Source of the DNA: Candidatus Campbellbacteria bacterium | Lineage (GTDB): Bacteria; Patescibacteriota; Minisyncoccia; Phycocordibacterales; EsbW-18 | Assembly: GCA_024653945.1 (NCBI GenBank) | Contig: JANLIT010000003.1 | Location: 162,936 to 226,935 of the forward strand | DNA: 64,000 bases | Reading direction: 5' to 3' | Part shown: positions 19,386 through 31,009 of the stretch, piece after piece | How the letters are laid out: each line of letters begins with the position of its first letter | How positions within the stretch are numbered: position 1 is the stretch's first letter | Made by a program: the position numbers and the translations under genes | The notes under the pieces: generated by a model | The model's database searches: none | Seen by the model: only the letters and a program-made list of their open reading frames with translations | What the model was told of the DNA's origin: nothing

Positions 19386-19416
19386 AAAAAACTCGTCCAA
19401 TTGGACGAGTTTTTGT
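19386..19416 (+). terminator. rho-independent terminator after efp
   Basis: aaaaaactcgtccaattggacgagtttttg. Confidence 0.75.
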
Positions 19417-19616
19417 TTGAAGTTAAAGCGTGTTTAAAAATTCCAAACGCGAGATGACTGCGTCTCATAGGTATAGATAAGTACAATTAACGCGCGGTTA
19501 AAAATTCCAGATACGAGGCACGGGAAAACGAGGAGCACAGGCGTACTTGAAGTACGACGAAGCGACGAGCTGGGGCCCGTAACAAAGTAGATGGAAAATT
19601 TTAAGCGCACGTTCGT

Positions 19617-19820
19617 CTAGCCAGCGATATAAGGGAGTAGTCCCATAAAACGTGCCCGCTTAATCGCAACAGCAAGTTCGCGCTGGTGTGTACCACACAC
19701 ACCCGTATATCGTCGTGTCTTCATACGTGAGTATGGGTTGATGAAACGACGCAACACCTTGATATCTTTGTAATCAATGTGTTTGATGTTTTGTTCTTTA
19801 AAAAAGCAACTTTTTTTCAT
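19617..19820 (-). CDS. rpsR: 30S ribosomal protein S18
   Basis: 67 aa; ..VLRRFINPYSRMKTRRYTGVCGTHQRELAVAIKRARFMGLLPY.. Confidence 0.9.
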   Translation of the reverse strand: MKKSCFFKEQNIKHIDYKDIKVLRRFINPYSRMKTRRYTGVCGTHQRELAVAIKRARFMGLLPYIAG

Positions 19821-19838
19821 ACGAATTTCTCTTATATC

Positions 19839-20309
19839 TTAAAATGGGATATCTTCTGGATTAATGCCTTCGTCTTGTGCGTCTGGATACTGAATGGTAT
19901 CTATCGCTGGGGCGTTTTGCTGTTGTGCATTTCCTTTATCTTGAGGACCTGCAAATGATTTTCCTTCTGTTGAAGAGCCACCCGAACGAGGACCAAACTG
20001 GACGCGATCTGCAATGACTTCTGTTCGATACTTCTTTGAACCATCCTGCGCATCCCAACTTCGTGTTACCATTCGCCCCTCAACAAACGCTGAAGAACCT
20101 TTGCGGAGATATTGAGAAACAGTTTCTGCCTGCTTACCAAACACTACGATATTGTGAAAATCTGTTGACTCTTGCTTGTTACCCTCTTTGTCCTTCCACA
20201 CACGATTTGTTGCAATACTAAATGTAGACACAGAAGAACCTGATGGGAGCGATTTGAGCTCCGGATCGCGTGTGAGGTTGCCATACAAAAGTGCTTTGTT
20301 GATATACAT
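19839..20309 (-). CDS. ssb: single-stranded DNA-binding protein
   Basis: 156 aa; OB-fold N-terminus, Gly/Gln-rich tail ending in acidic DIPF. Confidence 0.9.
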   Translation of the reverse strand: MYINKALLYGNLTRDPELKSLPSGSSVSTFSIATNRVWKDKEGNKQESTDFHNIVVFGKQAETVSQYLRKGSSAFVEGRMVTRSWDAQDGSKKYRTEVIADRVQFGPRSGGSSTEGKSFAGPQDKGNAQQQNAPAIDTIQYPDAQDEGINPEDIPF

Positions 20310-20310
20310 G

Positions 20311-20436
20311 GTTTTTAAATTCGAAATCCGAATATCGAAATCCGAAACAAATCCGGAGTTTCTAGTTTTAAAGTTTTAAACATTTGAATTTTGGTTATTT
20401 GAATTTGTTTCGAGTTTGGTGCTTCGACATTCGTGC
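20311..20436. promoter_or_regulatory. intergenic element with 4 tandem CGAAATN heptads (copy 1; paralog at 48900..49024)
   Basis: taaattcgaaatccgaatatcgaaatccgaaaca..agttttaaacatt..ttcgtgctta, homologous to the ileS-recO intergenic region. Confidence 0.45.
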
Positions 20437-20991
20437 TTACACAACCAACTTCTCTATTTCAACATCCATTTGTTCGGTCGTCATTGGAACAACAGCCTCA
20501 GCGGTTTCTACTTTCTTTTCTTCATGAAGAATCTCCTTTTCTTCAGGGGCTTTGTGGTCTGTGTGACCCGCGTGAACTGGATGACGAACAACTGGAGCAT
20601 CGGCGTATGTTTTAACAAGAAGGTGGCGCAAAATGTGTTCATTGCGACGAGTCTCTTCCTTTATCATATGTGCTTGGTCTGGAAGTGCTTCAAAAACAAC
20701 CCATCCAAAATATGCAGTCGTACAGGTGTGTCGTGTGCGGGCAATATCGCGCACAAGAGGATATGCAAGTGTCATAAGTTGTGGCCATTCCTCACTGATA
20801 ATCTTGGCACCGTTCTTTTCAAGCATTGCCCGAAGAACGTCTACCTCCTTTGCAAGGCCGGCTTCACCAACCTGAGGCACAATATGAAAGCCCAGCTCGT
20901 AGAAACGGCTGTCTGCATCTGTGTCTATTTCAGTTTGTATTTCTTTCTCTTCTACCATAGGCGTCCTAGCGTAGCATATGTTTTTGCCCAT
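20437..20991 (-). CDS. rpsF: 30S ribosomal protein S6 (with extensions; start possibly at internal Met 20958)
   Basis: ..RFYELGFHIVPQ.. core S6 sequence; conserved rpsF-ssb-rpsR gene order. Confidence 0.75.
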   Translation of the reverse strand: MGKNICYARTPMVEEKEIQTEIDTDADSRFYELGFHIVPQVGEAGLAKEVDVLRAMLEKNGAKIISEEWPQLMTLAYPLVRDIARTRHTCTTAYFGWVVFEALPDQAHMIKEETRRNEHILRHLLVKTYADAPVVRHPVHAGHTDHKAPEEKEILHEEKKVETAEAVVPMTTEQMDVEIEKLVV

Positions 20992-21069
20992 CGCAAGAGG
21001 GATTTTTGATATCCTTTATCAAAATTTCATATTTCTACTGGGTAGTATGGGATTCTTTACGTGCCCGCA

Positions 21070-21897
21070 TTACAGCACCTCTCCATCAATATGGAATGCC
21101 CGAAGGGCATTTTTAGTGAGCATACGAGAACACTCCTCAACCGAAATTCCACGAAGAAGAGCTATTTTTTCAACAACGTAGCACACATAAGGCGGTTCAT
21201 TACGTTTTCCTCGAAATGGTGCTGGGGCTGCAAATGGAGCATCTGTTTCAGCCATAATCATGTTATCCGGCACAAAGCGAATAACCTCATCATAGTCACT
21301 CGCAAATGTAATCGGACCATCAAAAGAAAGCGAGAACCCGAGGTCAAGAAAACGTCGCGCAATAGCAACAGAGCCCGCAAAAAAGTGCACATCTCCTTGT
21401 GTCGTGCTTCGTGCTTCATGCTTCGTGCTTTCGAGCAGTGCGAGAATATCTTCATACGCATCCATGGAACCTTTTGATGGTCGTGCATGAATCATCAGCG
21501 GAAGCGCGTGCTCACGCGCAAGTTCAATGTGTTGGATAAAAAGTTGTTTTTGTTTTTCTTTGATAGTTGCTATTTGTCCTTCTGGATTATTTTCGGTAAT
21601 CCGAAAATAATCCAGCCCGCACTCCCCTATCGCAACAACTTTTGGATGCCCGACAAGTTCTGGAAGTCCAGCAAAATCAGCATGCACACCTCCGTGCGCA
21701 GGATGGATGCCAACAGTTGCAAAAATATGCTCGTGTTCTCTGGCTAGCGCAATGGAATCTTTAGATGTCTGTATATCTGTCCCAACGGCTATCGTACCAA
21801 TTCCTGCAACCCTCATGCGCTCTATAATGTCGTCCCTGTCTACGTCAAAATCAGCAAAGGTGAGGTGCGAGTGAATATCAAAAAGAGAATACTGCAT
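21070..21897 (-). CDS. tatD: TatD family metal-dependent deoxyribonuclease
   Basis: Starts MQYSLFDIHSHL (ATG 21897); ..AIGECGLDYFR.. and conserved His/Glu/Asp positions of TatD. Confidence 0.85.
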   Translation of the reverse strand: MQYSLFDIHSHLTFADFDVDRDDIIERMRVAGIGTIAVGTDIQTSKDSIALAREHEHIFATVGIHPAHGGVHADFAGLPELVGHPKVVAIGECGLDYFRITENNPEGQIATIKEKQKQLFIQHIELAREHALPLMIHARPSKGSMDAYEDILALLESTKHEARSTTQGDVHFFAGSVAIARRFLDLGFSLSFDGPITFASDYDEVIRFVPDNMIMAETDAPFAAPAPFRGKRNEPPYVCYVVEKIALLRGISVEECSRMLTKNALRAFHIDGEVL

Positions 21898-21904
21898 GGA
21901 GAGC

Positions 21905-22963
21905 TTACACTTTGTCCACAAGAGCTCGTCGTCTTGAATCCTGTATCAATTCCATGAGAACTGCCGCCAAAGGAACAGAGAGAAGTGCTCCGAGAAATCC
22001 TCCGAGTTGCGCCCCTACCACAAGTGCAAGAATAACCACAATTGCTGGAACACCAACAACCTTGTTTACCACAAGCGGATAAATGAGATGATTTTCAAAT
22101 TGTTGGATGATGACAAAAAGTCCAACAATAAGTAGTGCAAAAGATAAACCTGCTTGTGTATACCCAACCAGCACCGCTGGAATACTTGAGAGAATAGGAC
22201 CAAACAGAGGGATAACTTCAAACAATCCAGATAGCACGGCAAAGAGAAACGCGTGTTTAACACCAAGAATAGTAAGTCCAAGATACACCAGCACGCCCAC
22301 CAACAGCATAAGAAGGAGTTGGCCCTGCATCCACTGCCCTATTTTTCGCTGTGAACGTTTCCACAGCTCTAACACATACGCAATATGTGTGTGGGGAGTA
22401 ATAATCCGCAAAAAGTCGGAGATACCATTTTCTCGAACGGTGAGATAGAACGACAACACAATCATAAGAACAAATGAAAAAACGCCACCAAAAACAGTAC
22501 TCAGTACACGAAACGCGCCTCCAGGAATAGTGACGAATGAACGCACCGAGGAAAGCAAGTCTCCCGCAGAAAGAGTATTTGAGATGTTTTGAATAACCAT
22601 TGAGGATTCTGGAACCCCGAGCCCCTCAAGAATGGGACGTGTATCAAGGGAGCCAATGTAATCAGGAATTTGAGAAAGGAAATTTGCTGAGTCGCTCAGA
22701 AGTGATGGCAACAGAAAGTAGATAAGTCCGGAAAGCGTTATGGCAATGATGAGATAAATAATGACCACCGCAAGTGTTCGTGGAAAATGATACTTCATAA
22801 ACCACTTCGCGGCTGGTTCAATCGCTGATGCAATTACAACCGCAGTAAGCACCACCAAAACAATATCTTTTAAAAGATAGAGCACATACACCCCCACAAG
22901 AATAAGGAGAACTTTTAACACAGAAAGAGTGTCTATCGAAAATCGAACATTTTGTGTTTCCAT
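21905..22963 (-). CDS. AI-2E family transporter (PerM/UPF0118)
   Basis: 352 aa, ~8 TM, family-typical hydrophobic profile and sequence. Confidence 0.75.
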   Translation of the reverse strand: METQNVRFSIDTLSVLKVLLILVGVYVLYLLKDIVLVVLTAVVIASAIEPAAKWFMKYHFPRTLAVVIIYLIIAITLSGLIYFLLPSLLSDSANFLSQIPDYIGSLDTRPILEGLGVPESSMVIQNISNTLSAGDLLSSVRSFVTIPGGAFRVLSTVFGGVFSFVLMIVLSFYLTVRENGISDFLRIITPHTHIAYVLELWKRSQRKIGQWMQGQLLLMLLVGVLVYLGLTILGVKHAFLFAVLSGLFEVIPLFGPILSSIPAVLVGYTQAGLSFALLIVGLFVIIQQFENHLIYPLVVNKVVGVPAIVVILALVVGAQLGGFLGALLSVPLAAVLMELIQDSRRRALVDKV

Positions 22964-23049
22964 ATTTAAAAAGTATACCCCGCACTACGCTTTTTTCCAA
23001 AGCGTAGTGCGGGGTATACCACAGGAAACCCTAACGAAAAGGGTGCCTC

Positions 23050-25008
23050 TTATTCAACAACACGACTCCATGTCCCCTCAAAACCTGGGTCTGAATTCAA
23101 ATTAGTGTTCACCTCGGGCGCCGTGTCTCCAACAGTGCCTCCGACAGCGCCATCTGTTGCTGACAACGTTGCATCCTCTATAAGAATTGGAACCGTGCCT
23201 ATTTGAGTTGCTGATGGAGTTAACCCGACCTGGAACGCAACGGTCTTTGCTGGAGTACTAAAACCAGTTCCCGCACGAATTTTTCCAGGACTCCACACCA
23301 CTTCTTTTGTAGAACTTTCAAATGTAATATCTTCTGAACTTGGGCTTGTGACATTCTCCCACGACACATATGCAGGAAGCACCGCTCGCACCTCTGTCTT
23401 TGTGAGATCGTTGACCGAGTTTGCTATTGACCAGATAATTGTGTACGTCGTTTTTTGTTCAACAGCGGGTGGCACTGGACCGGAGTTTTCTAGTGGACCA
23501 ATGGTGCGCACTGCTATGCTTTCCAAACGCACATCGGAGGCAACATGAATAATCTTCGTGGTGTCTGATCTCACTTCCTCTGGAGTCTCGCCTTCTGAAA
23601 CTGCTGTTGCAGTAAATGCAAGGGCGAGGGTAATTTCTGGATCAATTCGTCCCGAACCAGATGCGTCAGTAGAAAGAATATCAAAAGAGAAAGACACCTT
23701 TCCTTGTGAGCCCGAGTCAATGGTTTTTAAGGAATGGGTATCAATTTTATTCCACGTAATAGTATTCTTCGACGAGTTATAAAAACCGTCCGCAGATGTA
23801 ACTCTTTTCTCGTTGACCGCCTCTCCTTCAAGGGTAACCACTATCACTCCGTCAGTAAGTTGTGTTGAAAGATTGTTATTCCATGTAATGTCTACTTTTG
23901 CAGTCCGGCCTGGGTACATGGTGACTGAATCATCCGAACTTCCATTAATAACCATACTGGTATCAATAAATGAGCGTGCAACCTGTATTGTGTGATCTAT
24001 TTGTGCAAATACTGCACCTAATTTTGTCGTGTCACCCGCAGTTGCAATACCCGAACTAAACCTAAAAATACGATCTTCTTCATCTTGACCAGAGAGTGTG
24101 CCCCGTATCTTAATGGTTCGTTTCCCTTTTGGCTCAATATCGCCAAGCGACCATGTGGTGTCACTGAATGTTGCATCTGGACTGGCACTTACAAATGAAA
24201 ATCCGAAGGGATAATTTGCAGCAACGACAACATCCTCAAGGATAATCGAGGTGTTTGAGGTCACATCTAACGTCAGTTCAATATCTTGTCCAGAATTGAT
24301 AGATTTTGGTGCGCTGACTTTGAGCGTCAACGGGCTTGCGCCGATACGCACAGAAAAACTACTTTCTTTAGAGAAGATGGCACTTGAACCTGCAACGCGA
24401 TATTCAAGACTCACAATAATCTTTTGCTCGCTTCCCTCTTCGCTAAATAAAATAGCCTTGGTAGTTGTTGAAACATGTCCACCTGACGGAATGGTCCCCA
24501 GAGATGCACGATATCGATACAGTTCTGTCGTCACGTCGTCTGGTACGCGTGTTCCTGGTGGATATTCGATTAATAAATCTGCCAGCTGTAGTGCTGTTGC
24601 ATTTGTATTACGAACCTCTATGGCGAGTGGGAGTATTTCTCCCGCCGCAGCGACAACTGGTCCTGTTACAATAATTTCTATTTTGTTGGCAGATACAAGG
24701 TTTCTATCTCCACTAAAGAAGAAGAAGGCTGCAAGGAGAGATGCGAGAAAAAAAATGATTGCCCCGACAAAAAACCATTTTACTGGTGTGTGGTGGCGAG
24801 AAATTTTTGACATAATAATTGAGGGTTGGTGTGTCTGTTCATGGAAAAAATCACTCGGTACCTCGCCAAATCTTTCCTCATGAAACCCGGCACGGTGTAG
24901 TTCTGACAACGATTCATGTCCTGGGGTGTTGAGTTTTTTTGACAAGGACTCTATCGGACTATCATTGTCTGTAATGGGTTCTTTCATGCTTTCAGTATAA
25001 CGTAACAA
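23050..25008 (-). CDS. large membrane-anchored surface protein (hypothetical)
   Basis: 652 aa; cytoplasmic N-terminal ~75 aa, one TM, large beta-rich extracellular region. Confidence 0.45.
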   Translation of the reverse strand: MLRYTESMKEPITDNDSPIESLSKKLNTPGHESLSELHRAGFHEERFGEVPSDFFHEQTHQPSIIMSKISRHHTPVKWFFVGAIIFFLASLLAAFFFFSGDRNLVSANKIEIIVTGPVVAAAGEILPLAIEVRNTNATALQLADLLIEYPPGTRVPDDVTTELYRYRASLGTIPSGGHVSTTTKAILFSEEGSEQKIIVSLEYRVAGSSAIFSKESSFSVRIGASPLTLKVSAPKSINSGQDIELTLDVTSNTSIILEDVVVAANYPFGFSFVSASPDATFSDTTWSLGDIEPKGKRTIKIRGTLSGQDEEDRIFRFSSGIATAGDTTKLGAVFAQIDHTIQVARSFIDTSMVINGSSDDSVTMYPGRTAKVDITWNNNLSTQLTDGVIVVTLEGEAVNEKRVTSADGFYNSSKNTITWNKIDTHSLKTIDSGSQGKVSFSFDILSTDASGSGRIDPEITLALAFTATAVSEGETPEEVRSDTTKIIHVASDVRLESIAVRTIGPLENSGPVPPAVEQKTTYTIIWSIANSVNDLTKTEVRAVLPAYVSWENVTSPSSEDITFESSTKEVVWSPGKIRAGTGFSTPAKTVAFQVGLTPSATQIGTVPILIEDATLSATDGAVGGTVGDTAPEVNTNLNSDPGFEGTWSRVVE

Positions 25009-25099
25009 CTAATCACTGACCACGTATATTTAGGAAAACTCTTCTTTTTATTCCTTACATACCAGCCACTACATACTACTTTCTACTTACTACCCTACT

Positions 25100-26017
25100 T
25101 TATATGTAATCAAACTCTCGAAACACCGTCCGAAAGAGATCGATAACACGTTTTACTTCTCGATGTGTGAGGATGAAGTCAGATCCTTGGTGTGCAATTC
25201 GATTACGGATTTTGTGTGCCTCCCACGCTTCATCAAGTGTTGTGAAGTCACTTTTTTCTATTGCTTTGAGCCGGTCCCCGAGCGTTTGTCCATCATATCC
25301 CATACTGATGAGTAGCTCTTCAAGAAGAACATCTGCTTCAATAATAGCAATACGCCAATCTCCAGGATTTTCCGACGCAGTAAGTTTTTCTACCTGCTCC
25401 CAACGTTCATTGTGTGAAGTAATGTCTTCCCCTACGAGTTTCTTTTCAAGCGCCCGCATATCTTCTTTGTGTTTTTTTATAATGTGCTGCCACTTCCTCC
25501 ACGAATACAGCGCTAGAAGTAAACCTAGAAGCGTAACACTGCCTGAAACCCACAAAAATATAGAACGAACACTCCCCATCCATCCTGAAACTTGTTTTTC
25601 TAGACTACGGGCGTACACCCACCCATCAGGATTTGATTCAAAATCAACATTAAAAAGAACATCACTTCCATACAGCACTGGCTTTGAAATAAGCACTCCA
25701 ACAGCACCTTTTTCGTGAATACCGAGAATGCGGTCGAGTATTGAGGACGCCCACACATCAACTCCCTCTTTTGTGTTTACACGTACACCTTCAGGGGTGT
25801 ACTCATCTACTTTTGACGAAAAAGTAAAAAGTACACTGCGCACCCAGGTATCGGGCTTAAATTGGCCACCACCCGCAAACCGATTTTGTAAAACACCTAA
25901 AAAGAACATGACACAAAACAATGCAACAAGAATGCCAACAATGGTGTTTGTAGCATTTGGCGCCGGTGGTGGCGCGCTTGGTTTTTTTCCTCCTTTGTCT
26001 TTTGGTTTGTCGGCCAT
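25100..26017 (-). CDS. membrane protein with C-terminal HEPN-like (DUF4145/Abi-type) domain
   Basis: 305 aa; two TM helices flanking an extracytoplasmic segment; C-terminal ..TLDEAWEAHKIRNRIAHQGSDF.. contains an R-x4-H HEPN-type motif. Confidence 0.45.
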   Translation of the reverse strand: MADKPKDKGGKKPSAPPPAPNATNTIVGILVALFCVMFFLGVLQNRFAGGGQFKPDTWVRSVLFTFSSKVDEYTPEGVRVNTKEGVDVWASSILDRILGIHEKGAVGVLISKPVLYGSDVLFNVDFESNPDGWVYARSLEKQVSGWMGSVRSIFLWVSGSVTLLGLLLALYSWRKWQHIIKKHKEDMRALEKKLVGEDITSHNERWEQVEKLTASENPGDWRIAIIEADVLLEELLISMGYDGQTLGDRLKAIEKSDFTTLDEAWEAHKIRNRIAHQGSDFILTHREVKRVIDLFRTVFREFDYI

Positions 26018-26077
26018 ATGTGGTAAATAGTATGTGGTAGCTGGTATGTAGGATGTGATATGTAGTATGTAGAGATG

Positions 26078-27505
26078 CTATTTCTCGCCTAAAAACTTTT
26101 TACCAACCGAAAATAAACGTGATTCACCCATATGCGGAGCAATAATCTGAAGTCCGAGCGGAAGTTCAACACCGTCTTCCAGAACTTTTCCTGATGGCAC
26201 TGACATCGCGGGCATACCTGTGTGATTTGATGAAACAGTGAAGATATCCTCAAGATACATCGCAACTGGATCATTCACCTTGCTTCCGATTTTGAACGCC
26301 GGACCAGCTGTTGTTGGTGTCACAATGACATCACACTTCGTGAATGCGTTCACAAAGTCTTGTGTAATACCGCGTCGCACAGCATTCGCCTTGTTATAGT
26401 ATGCATCGTAATAGCCAGAGGACAACACATAGGTGCCAATCATAATGCGTCTTCGTGGTTCAGGACCAAATCCTGCACCGCGTGTTTTGAAGTAATCCGC
26501 AATCAAATCATCACCATCGGTGTGCAAACCATATTTTACACCGTCAAAACGCGCGAGGTTTGAAGATGCCTCAGCGGGCAAAATAACGTAATACGTCGGC
26601 ACAGAATATTTTACAAGTGGAAGCTCAATATCAACAAGTTCGTATCCGAGGTCTTTCAGTTTTTTAAGTGCGGCATCGAAATTCGCTCGTACATCATCGC
26701 GAAGTTTGTTCTCATCTAAGAATGTGCGCGGTACACCTATTTTTTTCACTTCCGTTGGAACACTTGGATAATCAGAGGCATCAACTGTTGTTGCATCCAT
26801 GGTGTCTTTACCAGAAATTGTTTCAAACACAGCTTCAACGTCGCCAACCGTTTTTCCAAATGGACCAATCACATCAAGTGATGAACCGAGAGCAATCAAA
26901 CCGTGACGCGATACACTTCCATACGTCGGTTTTAGACCAACAAGACCACACAATGCCGCTGGCTGTCGAATAGAACCTCCTGTATCAGAACCAAGAGACA
27001 CAAGTGCACCACCCATCACCACAGCAGCTGCAGAACCTCCTGATGAGCCTCCGGGAACGCGTGATGTATCAAGTGGATTTTTTGTCGGACCATATGCAGA
27101 CTGCTCGGTTGAACTTCCCATCGCAAATTCATCCATGTTTGCTCGTCCAACAATTACGGCTCCTGCAGTTTTTAATTTTGCAACAGCGGTTGCATCATAC
27201 GACGCAATATATCCTTCTAAAATCTTTGAACCGGCAGTTGCTGTTTTTCCTACCATACACATGTTGTCTTTCAAAACAATTGGAATTCCTGTGAGTGCCG
27301 TTGCTTTCCCTTCCACAATCAGTGCATCTGCTTTTTTTGCCTGCTCTCGTGCATCAGTAAATACTTCAAGAAATGCGTGAATTTCTCCATCTTTTGCTTT
27401 GATGTTGGCGAGACACGCGTCCAGAAGTTCCACCGCAGTGAATTCTTTTGCATTCAATTTCTTTCGTACCTCCACAATTGATAATTTCGTCACATCTATC
27501 GTCAT
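26078..27505 (-). CDS. gatA: Glu-tRNA(Gln)/Asp-tRNA(Asn) amidotransferase subunit A
   Basis: 475 aa amidase-signature protein, ..GGSSGGSAAAV.. Confidence 0.9.
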   Translation of the reverse strand: MTIDVTKLSIVEVRKKLNAKEFTAVELLDACLANIKAKDGEIHAFLEVFTDAREQAKKADALIVEGKATALTGIPIVLKDNMCMVGKTATAGSKILEGYIASYDATAVAKLKTAGAVIVGRANMDEFAMGSSTEQSAYGPTKNPLDTSRVPGGSSGGSAAAVVMGGALVSLGSDTGGSIRQPAALCGLVGLKPTYGSVSRHGLIALGSSLDVIGPFGKTVGDVEAVFETISGKDTMDATTVDASDYPSVPTEVKKIGVPRTFLDENKLRDDVRANFDAALKKLKDLGYELVDIELPLVKYSVPTYYVILPAEASSNLARFDGVKYGLHTDGDDLIADYFKTRGAGFGPEPRRRIMIGTYVLSSGYYDAYYNKANAVRRGITQDFVNAFTKCDVIVTPTTAGPAFKIGSKVNDPVAMYLEDIFTVSSNHTGMPAMSVPSGKVLEDGVELPLGLQIIAPHMGESRLFSVGKKFLGEK

Positions 27506-27789
27506 AGAATATTTTTTACCTTCACAAAGTTGCCTTCGCGAGTAGGCGCATTATTCAAAAGTGCTTCAGTGTATACCCCACTTTCGTGCGGATGTGCGTC
27601 TTCACGAAGCACATTATGTGGCACACCGACCGATGTGTGGTCATCCAAGTTCACCTTGGCGCCCTTGAGCTCGTCCACAAACGCAATAATGGCGTCCATG
27701 TCTTTTGCCAAGGATTCTTTTTCACCTTCAGGAAGCTCTATACGGGCAAGTTGTGCAAGTTTTTCAATATCTGCTTTAGAAATACTCAT
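27502..27789 (-). CDS. gatC: Glu-tRNA(Gln) amidotransferase subunit C
   Basis: Starts MSISKADIEKLAQLARIEL (ATG 27789); overlaps gatA start by 4 bp. Confidence 0.8.
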   Translation of the reverse strand: MSISKADIEKLAQLARIELPEGEKESLAKDMDAIIAFVDELKGAKVNLDDHTSVGVPHNVLREDAHPHESGVYTEALLNNAPTREGNFVKVKNIL

Positions 27790-27849
27790 GTCTGTATTGT
27801 ACCAAATATGTGAAAACCCCGCCCTGCGCGAACGCAAAGGCGGGGTGAA

Positions 27850-28660
27850 CTTGAGAACTACACGGTCATCTTAGGCGACCTTGCGAACGACCAGGACTTA
27901 GTTGTTGAGTTGCTACTACCTGCGGAGACCGGCGGGCTCGCGGTAATTCCACCTGTCATTGAGCCAGCGCCAGGACACGCTCGGCTGTTTGACACCGCAG
28001 TCCATGTATGGGACATGGAGCTCGTCTTCGTCGTCGCGGACGACCGAGGCCCAGCCATAGACCACCTTTCCGCGCCAATCGGCGGGGATGCAGTTGGGAT
28101 TCGCCTCATACCACTTCAGGTCACCGAACGACAGCGATCGCCCGAGAAGATCCACCGCCCTGAGACCGGCGTACACCTCGTGACCAGTCGGCCTGTTGCT
28201 GGTCGGCTGCCGCAGGTCGAGCCAGATACCGGTCTCGCCGGGATCGCGAAGCGTTGGCGCCTCGAGCCCCGGCGTGAGGTGCTTGCGCACCCAGTTGGGG
28301 TACTCGAGCACCGACCTCTTCACCACCTCGACGATGCGGATTGTCTTCCCCTGCCTGATTGCCTCGAGGGCAATCGGAATGACGGCATCAGGACCCTGGA
28401 GACCTCTCTCCTGAAAAACCTTGGCCGTAATTCCTACAGCACGTGCCTGTCGTGCAACCTCTCGTCCTTGTCCGTCTGTTGCGAGCGCACCCTGCTGTCT
28501 TGGCATAGGAAGCTCCTTTCGTGTGTGGTCACCACAAGCATCAGCCCGAATGGCCGTGCGCCGTGGTATCCGGTTGGTCCTACCTTAAGAGCATTCGATA
28601 GAACAATACGCCCCTTGGAGTTTCTGTCAATATTTGGGAATATTTTTTTAATTGGGATTT
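27850..28660. other. GC-rich (~60%) segment, probable horizontally acquired insertion between gatCA and ligA
   Basis: Compositional shift against ~43% background; long ORFs on both strands as expected for high-GC DNA. Confidence 0.55.
27916..28506 (-). CDS. hypothetical protein encoded in GC-rich island (strand assignment uncertain; overlapping + ORF 27910..28662)
   Basis: 196 aa ORF, more globular-looking than the overlapping + strand ORF; no recognised motif. Confidence 0.35.
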   Translation of the reverse strand: MPRQQGALATDGQGREVARQARAVGITAKVFQERGLQGPDAVIPIALEAIRQGKTIRIVEVVKRSVLEYPNWVRKHLTPGLEAPTLRDPGETGIWLDLRQPTSNRPTGHEVYAGLRAVDLLGRSLSFGDLKWYEANPNCIPADWRGKVVYGWASVVRDDEDELHVPYMDCGVKQPSVSWRWLNDRWNYREPAGLRR

Positions 28661-28696
28661 GAAGATTATTTGTACCATGACATACTATAGTTAGAT

Positions 28697-28897
28697 TTGT
28701 TTGGAAAGGAGATGTATATGTGTCGACACAAGACACGCAAACCAGCTACCAAAGGAAGGCGCAAACTGACACCCCTCAAGCCTGTGAGGATCAAATTCGA
28801 AGACTGGCCGGAATACGAGAAAAAGGCACTTGAAGAAATCGACCGTTCGGAGAGACGTCCTCAGGGCCCGAGAGGCAACCCCATCATCAACGTCTGA
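28697..28897 (+). CDS. small basic hypothetical protein
   Basis: 66 aa Lys/Arg-rich ORF ending just before a terminator. Confidence 0.3.
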   Translation: MFGKEMYMCRHKTRKPATKGRRKLTPLKPVRIKFEDWPEYEKKALEEIDRSERRPQGPRGNPIINV

Positions 28898-28906
28898 CTT
28901 CTTTTT

Positions 28907-28929
28907 TCCTCCCCTTGTGGGAGGATTTT

Positions 28930-28932
<3 letters not shown>
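28907..28932 (+). terminator. rho-independent terminator
   Basis: cctcccc ttgt gggagg + TTTTTT. Confidence 0.65.
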
Positions 28933-30996
<2,064 letters not shown>

Positions 30997-31009
30997 TTAC
31001 GGAAGAGTT

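Noticed and set aside
27910-28662. 250-aa + strand ORF in the GC-rich island
   Set aside because: High-GC DNA yields long ORFs on both strands. This translation is low-complexity (Arg/Leu/Pro-rich), so the minus-strand ORF is preferred but with low confidence.
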